Of a stretch of DNA of 64,000 nt, positions 27,411 through 39,769 are shown piece by piece. The notes beneath the pieces were generated by a model, which was not told where the DNA came from, did not search any database, and saw nothing but the letters and a program-made list of their open reading frames with translations. Position 1 is the first letter of the stretch. The number at the start of each line of letters is the position of its first letter. A program made the position numbers and the translations under genes. Source of the DNA: Narcine bancroftii (Eukaryota). Location of the stretch: the NCBI RefSeq assembly GCF_036971445.1, contig NC_091474.1:193998001-194062000 (forward strand). The letters run 5' to 3'.

Positions 27411-28880
27411 GGCACTTTCAGGTGGCCAATTGCCCCGCTTGTAAAGCTGCATATTTTGGCAATATGTGGCTGTTGGGAGGCCACGTGAATGTGCAGGAGG
27501 CACTTGCAAGGTGAACTTTGTAACCCTCCTCCGAGAGCCTCCCCAGCTGTCTGAATGCTGCCACCTAAAAGTGGCTGCATTTGGGATGAGTCAGCTAGCG
27601 AGCACCTGACAGCTCCTCTCCCAGCTGCCCCTTCCCCTGGCGCAGGACATCGGGACAGGAGCAGCTGCCTGGGCTGTCAGCGCGGGAACTGCGGGGCTGG
27701 AGTGGCCGGCGGGGGAGAGCGGGGGCTGGAGCGGCCGGCGGGGGAGAGCGGGGGCTGGAGCGGCCGGCGGGGGAGAGCGGGGGCTGGAGCGAGAGCGGGG
27801 GCTGGAGCGGCCGGCGGGGGAGAGCGGGGGCTGGAGCGGCCGGCGGGGGAGAGCGGGGGCTGGAGCGGCCGGCGGGGGAGAGCGGGGGCTGGAGCGGCCG
27901 GCGGGGGAGAGCGGGGGCTGGAGCGGCCGGCGGGGGAGAGCGGGGGCTGGAGCGGCCGGCGGGGGAGAGCGGGGGCTGGAGCGGCCGGCGGGGGAGAGCG
28001 GGGGCTGGAGCGGCCGGCGGGGGAGAGCGGGGGCTGGAGCGGCCGGCGGGGGAGAGCGGGGGCTGGAGCGGCCGGCGGGGGAGAGCGGGGGCTGGAGCGG
28101 CCGGCGGGGGAGAGCGGGGGCTGGAGCGGCCGGCGGGGGAGAGCGGGGGCTGGAGCGGCCGGCGGGGGAGAGCGGGGGCTGGAGCGGCCGGCGGGGGAGA
28201 GCGGGGGCTGGAGCGGCCGGCGGGGGAGAGCGGGGGCTGGAGCGGCCGGCGGGGGAGAGCGGGGGCTGGAGCGGCCGGCGGGGGAGAGCGGGGGCTGGAG
28301 CGGCCGGCGGGGGAGAACGGGGGCTGGAGCGGCCGGCGGGGGAGAACGGGGGCTGGCCAAAACAATGCCGGTCGGTACCCAACTCAAGCACCATTACTGA
28401 CTTTCCGGCCGCTCCAGCCCCCGTTCTCCCCTGCCAGAGCTCCAGACCCTGCTCTCCCCTGCCGGTGCTCCAGCCTCCTCCCCTGCCAGCCGCTCCAGCC
28501 CCGTGAGTGGGGAGAGAGCGGGACAGCGGTATCATTGTGGGAACGTCCCATGCGGGATGTCCCCATGCTGACAGCCTGTGCCGGCCGCCTGACAGTGTCG
28601 GGACTGAATTTATGAGTGGGGAAAGAGTGGGGCAGTGGGATCAGTGTGGGTGCGCCTGGCGCGGGATGTCCCTGCGCTGATAGCCTGCGCTGGCTGTCCC
28701 AGTTGACAGCCAGCAATCCTGAATTGACACCCCAAGGGACAGGAGCCGGATTGCGCTCAGATGCGCATCACGCCACAGCTGTCCTTTCAGGTGGCCAATG
28801 CTGCCACCTGAACTGCAATTTAAAGGGACGCTTCGGCTTCTTCAGGCGCATTCTTAGCTGAGAATGCACCTGAAAAAGCC
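27411..28880. mobile_element. GC-rich palindromic MITE (PIF/Harbinger-like termini) containing a minisatellite
   Basis: Terminal inverted repeats GGCACTTTCAGGTG ... CACCTGAAAAAGCC in TA-rich flanks; internal inverted subrepeats. Confidence 0.65.
27692..28356 (+). repeat. 29-bp minisatellite (GGGGGAGAGCGGGGGCTGGAGCGGCCGGC), about 23 copies
   Basis: 29-bp period read directly; one truncated unit near 27790; last two units carry an AGAAC variant. Confidence 0.95.
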
Positions 28881-29154
28881 TTTAGTTTTCTGAAAAAAAA
28901 TCTGTTGCATTAAGACTAAACATGCAGCCTTATTCGAAAAGTATAACCATGAATAATTTATGACCATTTTTCTTTCCACCTCCTTAATTCTTACCTGCAC
29001 TCATATTGCACTTACTTAGCACCTTATTAGATTTGGTTATTCTCAGTGCTTTACAATGAATGAGTCAAACATGAAACATGATATTCAGTTTGTCACAAGA
29101 GGGTCTCACAATTTGAATAAATTAGTTAATTAATTCTGCTCTATTTCATCTGAC

Positions 29155-32100
29155 AGGGTTGGGAATCTGAATCTTAGTGCTGAGATTAAGGTAGAAAGAA
29201 ATCAAGGTGTAATGGTAGGCAAAGTTAAAATTGGAAATAAGTCCAAATTGATAGGCAGCAAACAAGACAAAAAAAGACAAAGGAAAAGACCAGATAATTT
29301 GGTGAACAATGGAACTACAGAGAAATCAGATACTGGTCGAAGGGTAATTGTGCTTGTATGCAGAGTATTAGGAATAAGGTAGATGACCTAGTTGTGCAGA
29401 TTCAGATGGTAAGGTATGACATTGTGGCCATCACCGAAACATGGCTGAATGAGAAATCTGATTGGGAACTGAATGTACAGGGTTACACCTTGTATAGGAA
29501 AGATAGGCAGGTAGGTAGAGGGGGTGGCCTGGCCTTGATGGTAAACAATGCTATTAAATCACTTGAAAGAAGGGACATGGGGACAGAAATTGTGGAATCT
29601 TTATGGGTTGAAATAAGAAATGGCAAAGGTAAAAAGAATTTACTAGCTGTAATATACAGGCCCACAAACACCAGCCGGGAAGTGGACTGTGAACTGCAGC
29701 TGGAAATAGAAAAAGCATGTCAGAAGGAGAATGTCAAGATAATTATGGGAGATTTTAATATGAAAGGGGATTGGGAATGTCAGGAAAGTACAGGATCTCA
29801 GGATTATAGAATGCCTAAAGGATGGCTTTTTGGAACAGTTAGTCGATCAGCCCACCAGAGGATCACCAGTTTTGGATTGGGTGACGTGTAATGAACCTGA
29901 GGTGATTAGGGATTTAAAGGTTTTGAAGCCCTCAGGAAGTAGTGATCATAACATAATAGAGTTCATCTTCCAATTTGAAAGGGAAAAAATGATATCAGGT
30001 GATCAATTTTTCAATGGATCAAAGGGAATTACAGTGGTATGAGAGGGGATCTGACCCAAGTTGATTGGAAAAAGAAAGCTACATTGTGGGATGGGGGGGA
30101 GGGAATGGCAGATTAGAATTGGTTGATATTTCTACAAGAAAAATAAAGCACAGAATAGGTATATTCCAAGGAAAATTATAAATGGTAAAATAACGCAGAT
30201 GTGGCTAACAAGAGAGGTTAAAGCTAAAACAAAAGCAAAAGGGAGAGCATATAAGGTAGCAAAAATTACTGGAAAAGCAGAGGACTTGGAAAATTTTAAA
30301 AACTTACAGAGACAAAGAAAGTCATCAGGAAAAAAAGATGAATTATGAAAGGAAATTGGCAAATAACATACAAAAGAATACTAAGAGTTACTTCAAATAC
30401 ATAAAAAGTAAAAGAGAGACAAGGGTAGATATAGGGCTGATTGAAAATGAAGCTGCAGAAATTATAATGGGTAACAAAGTGATGGCAGAGGAATTAAATG
30501 GATATTTTGTGCCAGTCTTCACTGTGGAGGACAGTAACAATATACCTGATATTCAAAGGTCTCCAGGAATAGAATTAAATACAGTCAACTTAGGAAGGTG
30601 AATGGTCTAAAATTAGATAAGTCTCCAAGAATGGATGAAGTGCACCCACCCACTCGTTCTGAAGGAGGTGGCCTTGGAGATTGTAGAGGCATTGGAATTG
30701 ATTTTCCAGAAATCAATAGACTCAGGCATGGCTCCCGAGGATTAGAAGGTTGGAAATGTAGTTCTGCTGTTTAAGAAAAAATGAAATTATAGGCCTATTA
30801 GTCTGACTTCTGTAGTTGGAAGATATTGGAATTGATCCTCAAGGAAGAGGTTATAGAATACTTTGAGGTGCATGGCATGATAGGTCCAAGCCAGCTTGGG
30901 TTCAAGATCCTGCCTGATGAATCTAATGCAATTTTTTGAAGAAATCTCAAGTAGGGTGGACAAGAGAGAGGCTGTGAATGTAGTGTATTTAGATTTTTTT
31001 AAAAAGGCCTTCAATAAGATGCTGCATAAGAGGCTGCTTAATAAGATGAGAGCACATAGAATTATAGGAAAGATATTAGACTAGGTAGAGCATAGGCTGA
31101 TAGGCAGGAAGCAAAGGGTGAGAATAAAGGGATCCCATTTTAGTTGGTTGCCTTTTAATACTGGTGTTCCATAAGGGTCAGTGTTGGGGCCACTTCTTTT
31201 CAACAATGTATATTGATGATTTTCATGAAAGAACCCAACAATGAAGACGCTGTTGACATCCGGTACCGCACGGATGGCAGTCTCTTCAATCTGAGGCGCC
31301 TGCAAGCTCACACCAAGACACAAGAGAAACTTGTCCGTGAACTACTCTTTGCAGACGATGCCGCTTTAGTTGCCCATTCAGAGCCAGCTCTTCAGCGCTT
31401 GACGTCCTGCTTTGCGGAAACTGCCAAAATGTTTGGCCTGGAAGTCAGCCTGAAGAAAACTGAGGTCCTCCATCAGCCAGCTCCCCACCATGACTACCAG
31501 CCCCCCCACATCTCCATCGGGCACACAAAACTCAAAACGGTCAACCAGTTTACCTATCTCGGCTGCACCATTTCATCAGATGCAAGGATCGACAATGAGA
31601 TAGACAACAGACTCGCCAAGGCAAATAGCGCCTTTGCAAGACTACACAAAAGAGTCTGGAAAAACAACCAACTGAAAAACCTCACAAAGATTAGCGTATA
31701 CAGAGACATTTTCATACCCACACTCCTGTTCGGCTCCGAATCATGGGTCCTCTACCGGCATCACCTACGGCTCCTAGAACGCTTCCACCAGCGTTGTCTC
31801 CGCTCCATCCTCAACATCCATTGGAGCGCTTTCATCCCTAACGTCGAAGTACTCGAGATGGCAGAGGTCGACAGCATCGAGTCCACGCTGCTGAAGATCC
31901 AGCTGCGCTGGGTGGGTCACGTCTCCAGAATGGAGGACCATCGCCTTCCCAAGATCGTGTTATATGGCGAGCTCTCCACTGGCCACCGTGACAGAGGTGC
32001 ACCAAAGAAAAGGTACAAGGACTGCCTAAAGAAATCTCTTGGTGCCTGCCACATTGACCACCGCCAGTGGGCTGATATCGCCTCAAACCGTGTATCTTGG

Positions 32101-33283
32101 CGCCTCACAGTTTGGCGGGCAGCAACCTCCTTTGAAGAAGACCGCAGAGCCCACCTCACTGACCAAAGGCAAAGGAGGAAAAACCCAACACCCAACCTCA
32201 ACCAACCAATTTTCCCCTGCAACCGCTGCAACCGTGTCTGCCTGTCCCGCATCGGACTTGTCAGCCACAAACGAGCCTGCAGCTGACGTGGACTTTTACC
32301 CCCTCCATAAATCTTCGTCCGCGAAGCCAAGCCAAAGAAAGAAAATTGATGATTTAGATTGTGGATTACAGATGACACCAAGATAGGTGGTAGAGTATGA
32401 AGTGTAGAAGAAATCAAAAGCTTGCAGAGAGACAGACAACTATGGAGAATGGGCGAATGGCAGATGAGAAATAATGTTGAGAAATGCACGGTTGTGCATT
32501 TTGGTAGAGGAAATAAACAGTCCGATTATTATTTGGATGGGGAGAAAATTCATACCTCTGAAGTACAAAGGGACTTGGGGGTCCTCGTGCAGGATAACCT
32601 GAAAGTTGACTGCCAGGTTGGAATGGTGGTAAAGAAGGCAAATGCTATGTTGGCATTCGTTTCAAAGGGGATTGTGTATAAGAATAAAGATGTTGATGAG
32701 ACTCCATGAGGCACTGGTGAAACCTCATTTGGAGTACTGTGTGCAGTTTTGGGCCCCATATCTTAGAAAGAACATAGCAAGGTTGAAGAGGGTACAGAGG
32801 AGGTTTACCAGAATGATTCCAGGAAAGAGAAGGCCAACAAATAAGGAATGCTTAGCGGCTCTTGGACTCTATTCATTAGAATATAGAAGAATGAGAGGGG
32901 ATCTCTGAAATATTTTGAATAATGAATGGATTGTAGATTGGACAGAGTAGATGTAAATAAGATGTTTCCCCTGTTGGGTGAAACCAGGACAAGAGGGCAC
33001 AATCTTAGAATTAAAAAGTACTAATGTATAACAGAAATAAGGAGAAATTTCTTTAGCCAAAGTAGTGGAATTCGTTGCCAGATGCAGCTGTGGAGTCAGG
33101 ATCATTGGGGGAATTTAAAGGGGAAATTGATAGGTATCTAATTAGTCAGGGTATCATGGGATATGGGGACAAAGGCGGAACTTGGAACTAGATGTGAGAA
33201 CAGTTTAGCTCAGGGAGGTTTTACAGAACAGGCTTGATAGGCCAAATGGCCTGCTCCAGTTCCTTTTATTTGTGATCTTGTGG
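29155..33283 (+). mobile_element. CR1 LINE ORF2 relic (APE endonuclease and RT), split by an RTE insertion
   Basis: YDIVAITETWL, IIMGDFN, GSSDHNII, VVYLDF, HLEYCVQFWAPYL motifs with stops and frameshifts. Confidence 0.9.
31223..32344 (+). mobile_element. Young RTE-clade LINE, 5'-truncated, uninterrupted RT C-terminal ORF
   Basis: LLFADD, FTYLGC, LRWVGHVSRM and C-terminal CNRC...H zinc motif; (GAAA)n tail; TSD ATTGATGATTT at 31212-31222 and 32345-32355. Confidence 0.95.
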
Positions 33284-33479
33284 TAAGCTTAGTTCAGAAA
33301 ACAATATTATTTGGGACACTGATCCATTTCCTCCTCCTCCATGTTGAATAGTCAAATTCAATATCTCATTCAAAAGATGGTCCTCTACATCAGTTCATTT
33401 TAGTGAATGATCCCCAGAGACCCCAATTCCTATAAATGCCCAGATATCTATTGATCTGTATTTTAATGAACAAAACATA

Positions 33480-33865
33480 TTAACCAAATACATAATGGGA
33501 TTTATTGTCACATTCACATGATGCACCAACATCTTTTATTGCTGTAGCCAAACAACTACACAACTTGCACCAAGAACAGAAGTTTACATTAAATTACCAC
33601 AATATGCAGAGACAGAAAAATCAATAATATAGAAGGACATGTTAATAAATATACATAGTTCCAGTCAGAACAAAAAATAGATCATCTGGTGTCCTGGTAT
33701 TACCTGACAATTCAAAGTGGAGGAGGAGAAAAATGTATCAATGGCCCAAAGGGAGGTTGAAGAGCCTGATAACAGTTGAATAAAATCTGTTCTTGAACCT
33801 CAAGGTGACAGGCTTCAGGCTTTTGTACCTTCTGCCTGAAGGTAGCAGCGAGAAAAGACTGACCA
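33480..33865 (-). mobile_element. Rex1/Babar 3' end fragment
   Basis: LFSLLPSGRRYKSL...RFKNRFYSTVIRL (ORF 33738). Confidence 0.7.
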
Positions 33866-36299
33866 CCTCCTCTGACCTCTGCAATAGATATGCAATTGTT
33901 TTATGTTTCCAGAAAAGTTGAGTGAACCCAGGGGTTTTCATCAAGGATTTAAAGAAAGGTGAAATACGCAGAATAACCTAGAATGCTACATGCTTTTCCA
34001 ACTTACTGGATACATTAACAGTTGGGCCTGCAAACTAAGTTATTCTACTTAAAATATGGCACTAAAAACTTTCTTTTTTTCAAACATGAGGAACAAATCA
34101 ATGGTTTCTGTTGCCTTCAGGTTGATTACAAAAGAGGAACATCTTAATTTACTCAAATCATTTAAGGAATGAAGAATTTCAATGACCAGATTAGTGAACA
34201 GTGTGGTATTCTTCTCCTTAAAGCATAAAGAAAGTTTGAGAGGAGCTTTGATAGAAGGCTATTTGATCCCATAGGGTTCAAATAAAGCAAATGTGGAGAA
34301 GCTGTTCCCAAAAGCAGGTGATTTGACAAGCAAAGGAATAAAGATTTAAAATGAAAAGTGAGCTCAAGAAATGAGAGTAAAATTGAGGGTGGGGAGAATG
34401 CAGTCAATTCGGACTTTCAAACGATAACAGGATAGACTTATGAAGGGAACTAATTAACAAGGTTACAGGAGGATGAAGCTGATTATACATTTCTGCAAGG
34501 AGCTGACATGAAATTAATGTGCTAATTAATGTTCAGTGCTGAAACAATTCTATAATTTTTGGATTTTAAAAATCTAAATTTTTTTAGATTAAAAAATGCT
34601 TCGGTTTCAATGAGAAAATTCCACCCCTCCCTCCAATAAAATGATCCTACTACTGTTTACCAAAGACTTAATTTAAAAAGGATAATAAAAAAACATTATA
34701 CAATGACAGCTTACTAAATGAAGTTTATGATAACAACATGAATGACTCAGGTTGTATTGCTTAAATAATGTTGCTAAATGGCTCATTTATTTAACAAGCT
34801 ATTTTCAACTAATTAGTATTGTATAAACAACCTTTAAAAACCACGCTCAGGATTAGGAATTGGTAAACAAACTGCACCTGAGATCCTCATCCAGCACACT
34901 GTCTCACAGGAAGATGCTTCCAAATCAACACATCATTTTTGTGGGGGGAAAAAAAATCAAACTTGTGAAAGTCATTCATCAGATGGTAGCAACTAAGCCC
35001 TTTGAACTGAACATCCATGTACTGTAGTTGTGTTTTGCACCTTGATGACACAAAATATTTCAGAACTAAAATACCAAATGCTTAATTTTAAACCAATATT
35101 GAACATTTCCCATTCATCCTTTAAAAATATAAATGACTATAAACAAGATTCTTAGCCATCTTGAATAAAAAGTTATGAACCAAGATATTAAGCAGTAACT
35201 ACCTACAATATACATTTGTAAAGCCCATATTTCCTCAATGGCTACCTTTATGAAAATGGGGCATTATTTGCATTTATGGTCTATTTCTAAATGTTTTGAA
35301 CTGAGGTGGCAGGTCAGAACAAACCAAATTGGTGGGTCTGGATTCATTTACATGTCATACTGGAGAAGGCTGGTGAATTTCCTTCCCTGAAGGACATTAG
35401 TGAACTTGGAAGTTTCATGATTAGTGATTTCATGGTTGTCATCACTGGCTTTGGTTTTATTTCTTTTAGAATCACTGACTTATTTAATTTTCTTCACATT
35501 TAATTTCCCCATCAGCACTGGCAAGTCGTCGAGAGGTGAATGGTATAGAACTCTGGTTTTTCCACTCAGTTAACTTAATGATTATAAAAGTGTACAATTA
35601 AGGAGCATTAAAACACCAGCCTAAAAACTCCAGACAAGGCTGGAAATGTTCCAAAAGAGACTGTCAATTTAATTAAGAATGAAAACCTCAAATCCTCTGC
35701 TAAATATTGCAAATAACACAAGCAGCTAAATTCTGTTCTTCAAGCAGGATGCCAACAATTTGGACAGTGATTCTTGATCATATTTCACAATTTTAATTCT
35801 TTAGGAAAACAGAACCTATTTGTCAATTAATTGTATTATAGAGTCCAGTGAGACTGAATTTGAGAAAACTTAATTTCTAAATATAAGGAGCCTAGACCAA
35901 GATTTTGGAGACATAGTCAAATACTTCCACAGCAGTTGTGCAAGTTAAATGTAATGTATTCAATAAATTCTGCAGTAATAAACACAAGCAGTAATCCTAC
36001 AATCAATAGTTCAGGTCAAAGCTTGGCACATTCATTCATGAAGTTTTAAAAAAAATGTATTTAATTGTTTTATTCATTTTTTTCCTGTAATGATGCAAAC
36101 ATTAATCAAATATCCATAGCCAATGACACAGAAAAAACCTTTATATTTTTCTCCCCATTCCCCCTCCCACTCCAAAGTAAGAATAATGATGGATATTTAA
36201 AAATCTGATGGAAGGAAGAGGACACAAGAACATTCCCAGCCTCAAAAACAACACAGCTGAAGAAACTCATTGGATTTGGAACACGTTTAGGCTTAAGTG

Positions 36300-36845
36300 G
36301 ACAATCTACCTTTGCTCCATGCCTGCACATACCAGTTGGCAGGAGTATTCAGACATCTTAAATCTCTCTGTTCAGCAGGCTGAAATACCTACGTGCTTCA
36401 AGGTGGCCATTTTTATCCTGATACTGAAGAAGAATGTCATGACAGGCCAAAATGATTAATGCTCCATCAAACTTTTATAAGTGCACTGTGGAATGTAAAC
36501 ATCACAACCTGGTTTGGGAATTTGAATGTCCAGCAACACAGAATACTGCAGAAGGTAGCAAACATAGCCAGATTCATCAAGGGTTCTGATCTCCCATCCA
36601 CTAAAAGCATCAAAGTGAGGGACTGCCTCACAAAGACAGCCAACATCATAAAGGACCCCCATCACCCTGGTCACAACCTCTTCTCATTGCTATGTTTGAG
36701 TAGAAGGTACAAAAGCCTGAAGACCAACACCTTTTGCTTTAAGAACAGTTTCTTTTTCCAAGAATTATCAGGTTCTTAAACCTCCCCTTGGTCCTTGTGG
36801 TGTTAGAACTCTGGCATCACAAAAGGACTGCCTACACTATTGCAA
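36300..36845 (+). mobile_element. Rex1/Babar fragments
   Basis: DILNLSVQQAEIPTCFK and IIKDPHHPGHNLFSLL motifs. Confidence 0.7.
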
Positions 36846-37657
36846 AGTCAGGAATTCCTCATTTCCTTAGTGTCCTTCGTATTTGCTCCCAAGATGTGAT
36901 CTTCCAGCCCAGTTCATCTGAGATGTCCTCCTGCTCCAAAAAAATGTGGCTTCCCCTTTTCTACCATCAACTCAGCTCTTACCTGCATCTCCTCCATCTC
37001 CTGCTCATCTGCCCTGCCCCGTTTGTCCCGAGATGCAACAAAAGCAGGATTCACCTTGTCCTCCCCTACCACCCCACCAGTCTCCGCATCCAACATATTA
37101 TCCTCTGCAATTTCCATTACCTACAATATGACCCCACCACCAGACACATCTTCCCCTCCATGACTCCCTCACCCACTCATCACTTCCCTCTAATTGCCGC
37201 AGGAAGTGCCACACCTTCCCCTATGGTAATCGGAAGTACCACACTTCTGCCCACATTTCCTCCCTTCACCACCATTCGGGGCCCCAAAATGTCTTTCCAA
37301 GTGAACCAACACTTCACATGATTCTGCGGGAGTCGTCAACTGCATCTGGTGCTCCCGTTGTGCCTTCGCTACATCGGAGAAACTGGATGCAAATTGAGAG
37401 ATTGCTTCGCTGAGCACCTTCACTCTGTCCACATCAATGACTGAGATCTTCCAGAAGCCAACCATTTCAATTTTGTGCCCCACAACTGTGCTGACATGTC
37501 TGTCCCTGGACTCATGCACTGCCAAACCAAGGTCATTTGTAAATTGGAGGAGCAACACATAATATTCCACCTGGACACTCTCCAAGCAGATAGCATTAAC
37601 ATTGGCTGCTCTGGTTTCTGATAACCCACTCTCTGTTCTCCCTCTCTTCCTTATCCC
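36846..37657 (+). mobile_element. Penelope-like element 3' part (GIY-YIG region); tail resumes at about 39311-39590
   Basis: DNA reads FTC...VVNCIWCSRC...YIGETG...RFAEHL-like motifs; LVLPYHPTS in ORF 36788; pyrimidine-rich tail continues after the LTR block. Confidence 0.75.
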
Positions 37658-39310
37658 TGTGATTGAGCCAAAGGCTCGATTCTTACCTGTTGTGGCAGTG
37701 GGCATCGGTGGTGCCCCAGATCTGTGGGTATGCCTTTTCCCACTGGCCACATGTGCCAAGGCTGGAACAGTTTAGGGAGCCAAAGGAACATGGTGGCGCA
37801 TGCACAGTTGGCTCAGCCCCAGCGGCTTCAGCTGGGGCTGGCGTGCCCACCAGTGCACATGCACCATGGATTGAGTCAGCGCATGCGCACTTGAGCAAGG
37901 GCCAGTGTTTCCTTTAATAAGCATGCACAGGGGGTTTAGCACGCATTAAATATAGGTTCCCCAGCTTGCGTTGTCAATTGGTGATCAGAGGAGGGTGAGT
38001 TAGGCAGTGATAATTTCTGTCGATCGCTATACTACATTAAGTTACACGTCACGCTGCATGTTATGTTACATGGACTGTTACATAAAATGCTATAGGGATG
38101 TGTAACAGATTTATGTTAATCTTTAATTTATTATTAAACTATATTTCTCATATATAAAAATGTCTTAGTAAATTGTTAGGTTAAAATGTTGTATCTGTAT
38201 TCTTAGTAATTACTTGTAGGTGGTTACAAGGGCATAAAGACAACACATTAGCATTTTAAACACAAATGGTTCTTTGAGACAGAAGCCAATTTGAGACAAA
38301 ACTGGATGCTGATTGAAGTTAAAGTCAAAAAGATGAAAAAGATTTATGATGGTTCTTCAGATATTGGAAACAATAGATGTTATTTCAGAAGCCCCTGTAT
38401 AAATGCACAGCCATTTTAATTTTGAGGAAAGCAGACTTCTCAGAGACATAGGTAGACTTGAATGCTTTTAGCACATTTTTGTCAAAAGACCTTACGAGCT
38501 TCAAAGACAGAAATAATATCATATACCATGGGATACTAGAAATGGGAGAAATATATTATTGAAATGAGAGACAAAGAGATCAGTTCAGTTTGGCGAGTAC
38601 AAAAGTCAAAACCTGACGACACACAGGGGTTGAAACCTTGTGAAAGACAGGGTTGAGTTACAGTAACCACAACTGGTGCTATTGTGTGTGTTACTCCTGG
38701 GAAAAGGGGACTACAGAATCAGTCATTTTTGAAATAAAGAAGTCTATTTCACTGTCTCTTTGGAAAAGAGGACTGATTTCTACTGGGTCTAATTTGTATG
38801 GCTACTTTGTTTAGCCCTTGTCTGGGTTTCTGAATTCATCGTGGAATAAAATAGCCACATTTGCTGTCTCTTTGAGAAGAGGGCAGATTCTTTGTGTGAA
38901 AAGCAGAGTTGTGAGTAGAGGCCTATTCTTTCTGAACTGAGAATTTAAGATTGTGCACAGCGGGGTTAAATTTAAAATAGGTTGTTAATAGTGTAAGTAA
39001 AAACTATCATTTTGAATTTACCATTGCCTGGTGAATTTTCCATTACTGTTCCTGTGTTAGTGCTAACAAAGTCCCTTTAGTCCCAAACAAAATTTAAAAG
39101 GGTTGTTAGTTCGTAAGAGATGTTAGAACAGAAAGTTACGTTATGATTAATGGGCATTTACAGACGTTAGCCCTTTTGTGTTTGTTTAATAAAGATTGTT
39201 TGAGAAAATTCATCTGGGCTTTGTTACTGATTTATTCAAGAAATGTGTTGCAGACAAACACCTAACTTAGCCTCCAAGTGACTATATTTTATTAGAATGA
39301 AGTCGCTATA
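37658..39310. mobile_element. Composite LTR-derived insertion within the Penelope tail
   Basis: Starts TGTGA, ends GTCGCTATA (a degenerate Gypsy-type GCTACA end); interrupts contiguous Penelope tail sequence. Confidence 0.45.
38101..39068 (+). mobile_element. Solo LTR nested in the previous insertion
   Basis: TGTAAC...CTAACA termini; 3' end (CATTGCC..GGTGAAT) shared with the LTR ending at 52668. Confidence 0.65.
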
Positions 39311-39769
39311 TACTGTCTCCTTTCCTCCAGCTCTGATCCCCTTCCCTCTCCATTCAGAGAGCCATCTTCCCTCCCACTATATGCTGGTGTGCCCTCCCTC
39401 CCTTACCCACCTATTACCTCTTGCCTGTGGGACTGCGCTCCTCTCCCTGCTGCTCCCCCCAACCTCTTTGTTCTGGCACCTGCCTATATTTTGCTTATAC
39501 CTCGATGAAGGGCTCAAGCCCGAAACATTAGTTATGTACCTTTAACTTTGCTATATAAAGAATAGTGTTTGACCTGCTGAGTGTTTTTATTATTACAAAG
39601 TCATTTTTCTCCCCCCCCAACAGATAACTATGAACATATCTATTAATCGATTGTTTGCATTTATTGTCATGTTTTAATCTAATCATGTAAACTATTGTTA
39701 GTTTCCCCCTCCACCCACAAAGAGCCTATTTGGCTGCAGCAATAAGAATTTTAGTGCAGTGCATTGCTA

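Noticed and set aside
27555-28535. Gly/Pro/Arg-rich ORFs of 236-314 aa
   Set aside because: They are translations of the stop-free 29-bp minisatellite inside a MITE.
31213-32286. 357-aa ORF as a host gene or domesticated RT
   Set aside because: It is a 5'-truncated RTE copy whose start lies in the TSD, and it is nearly identical to a second copy in the window.
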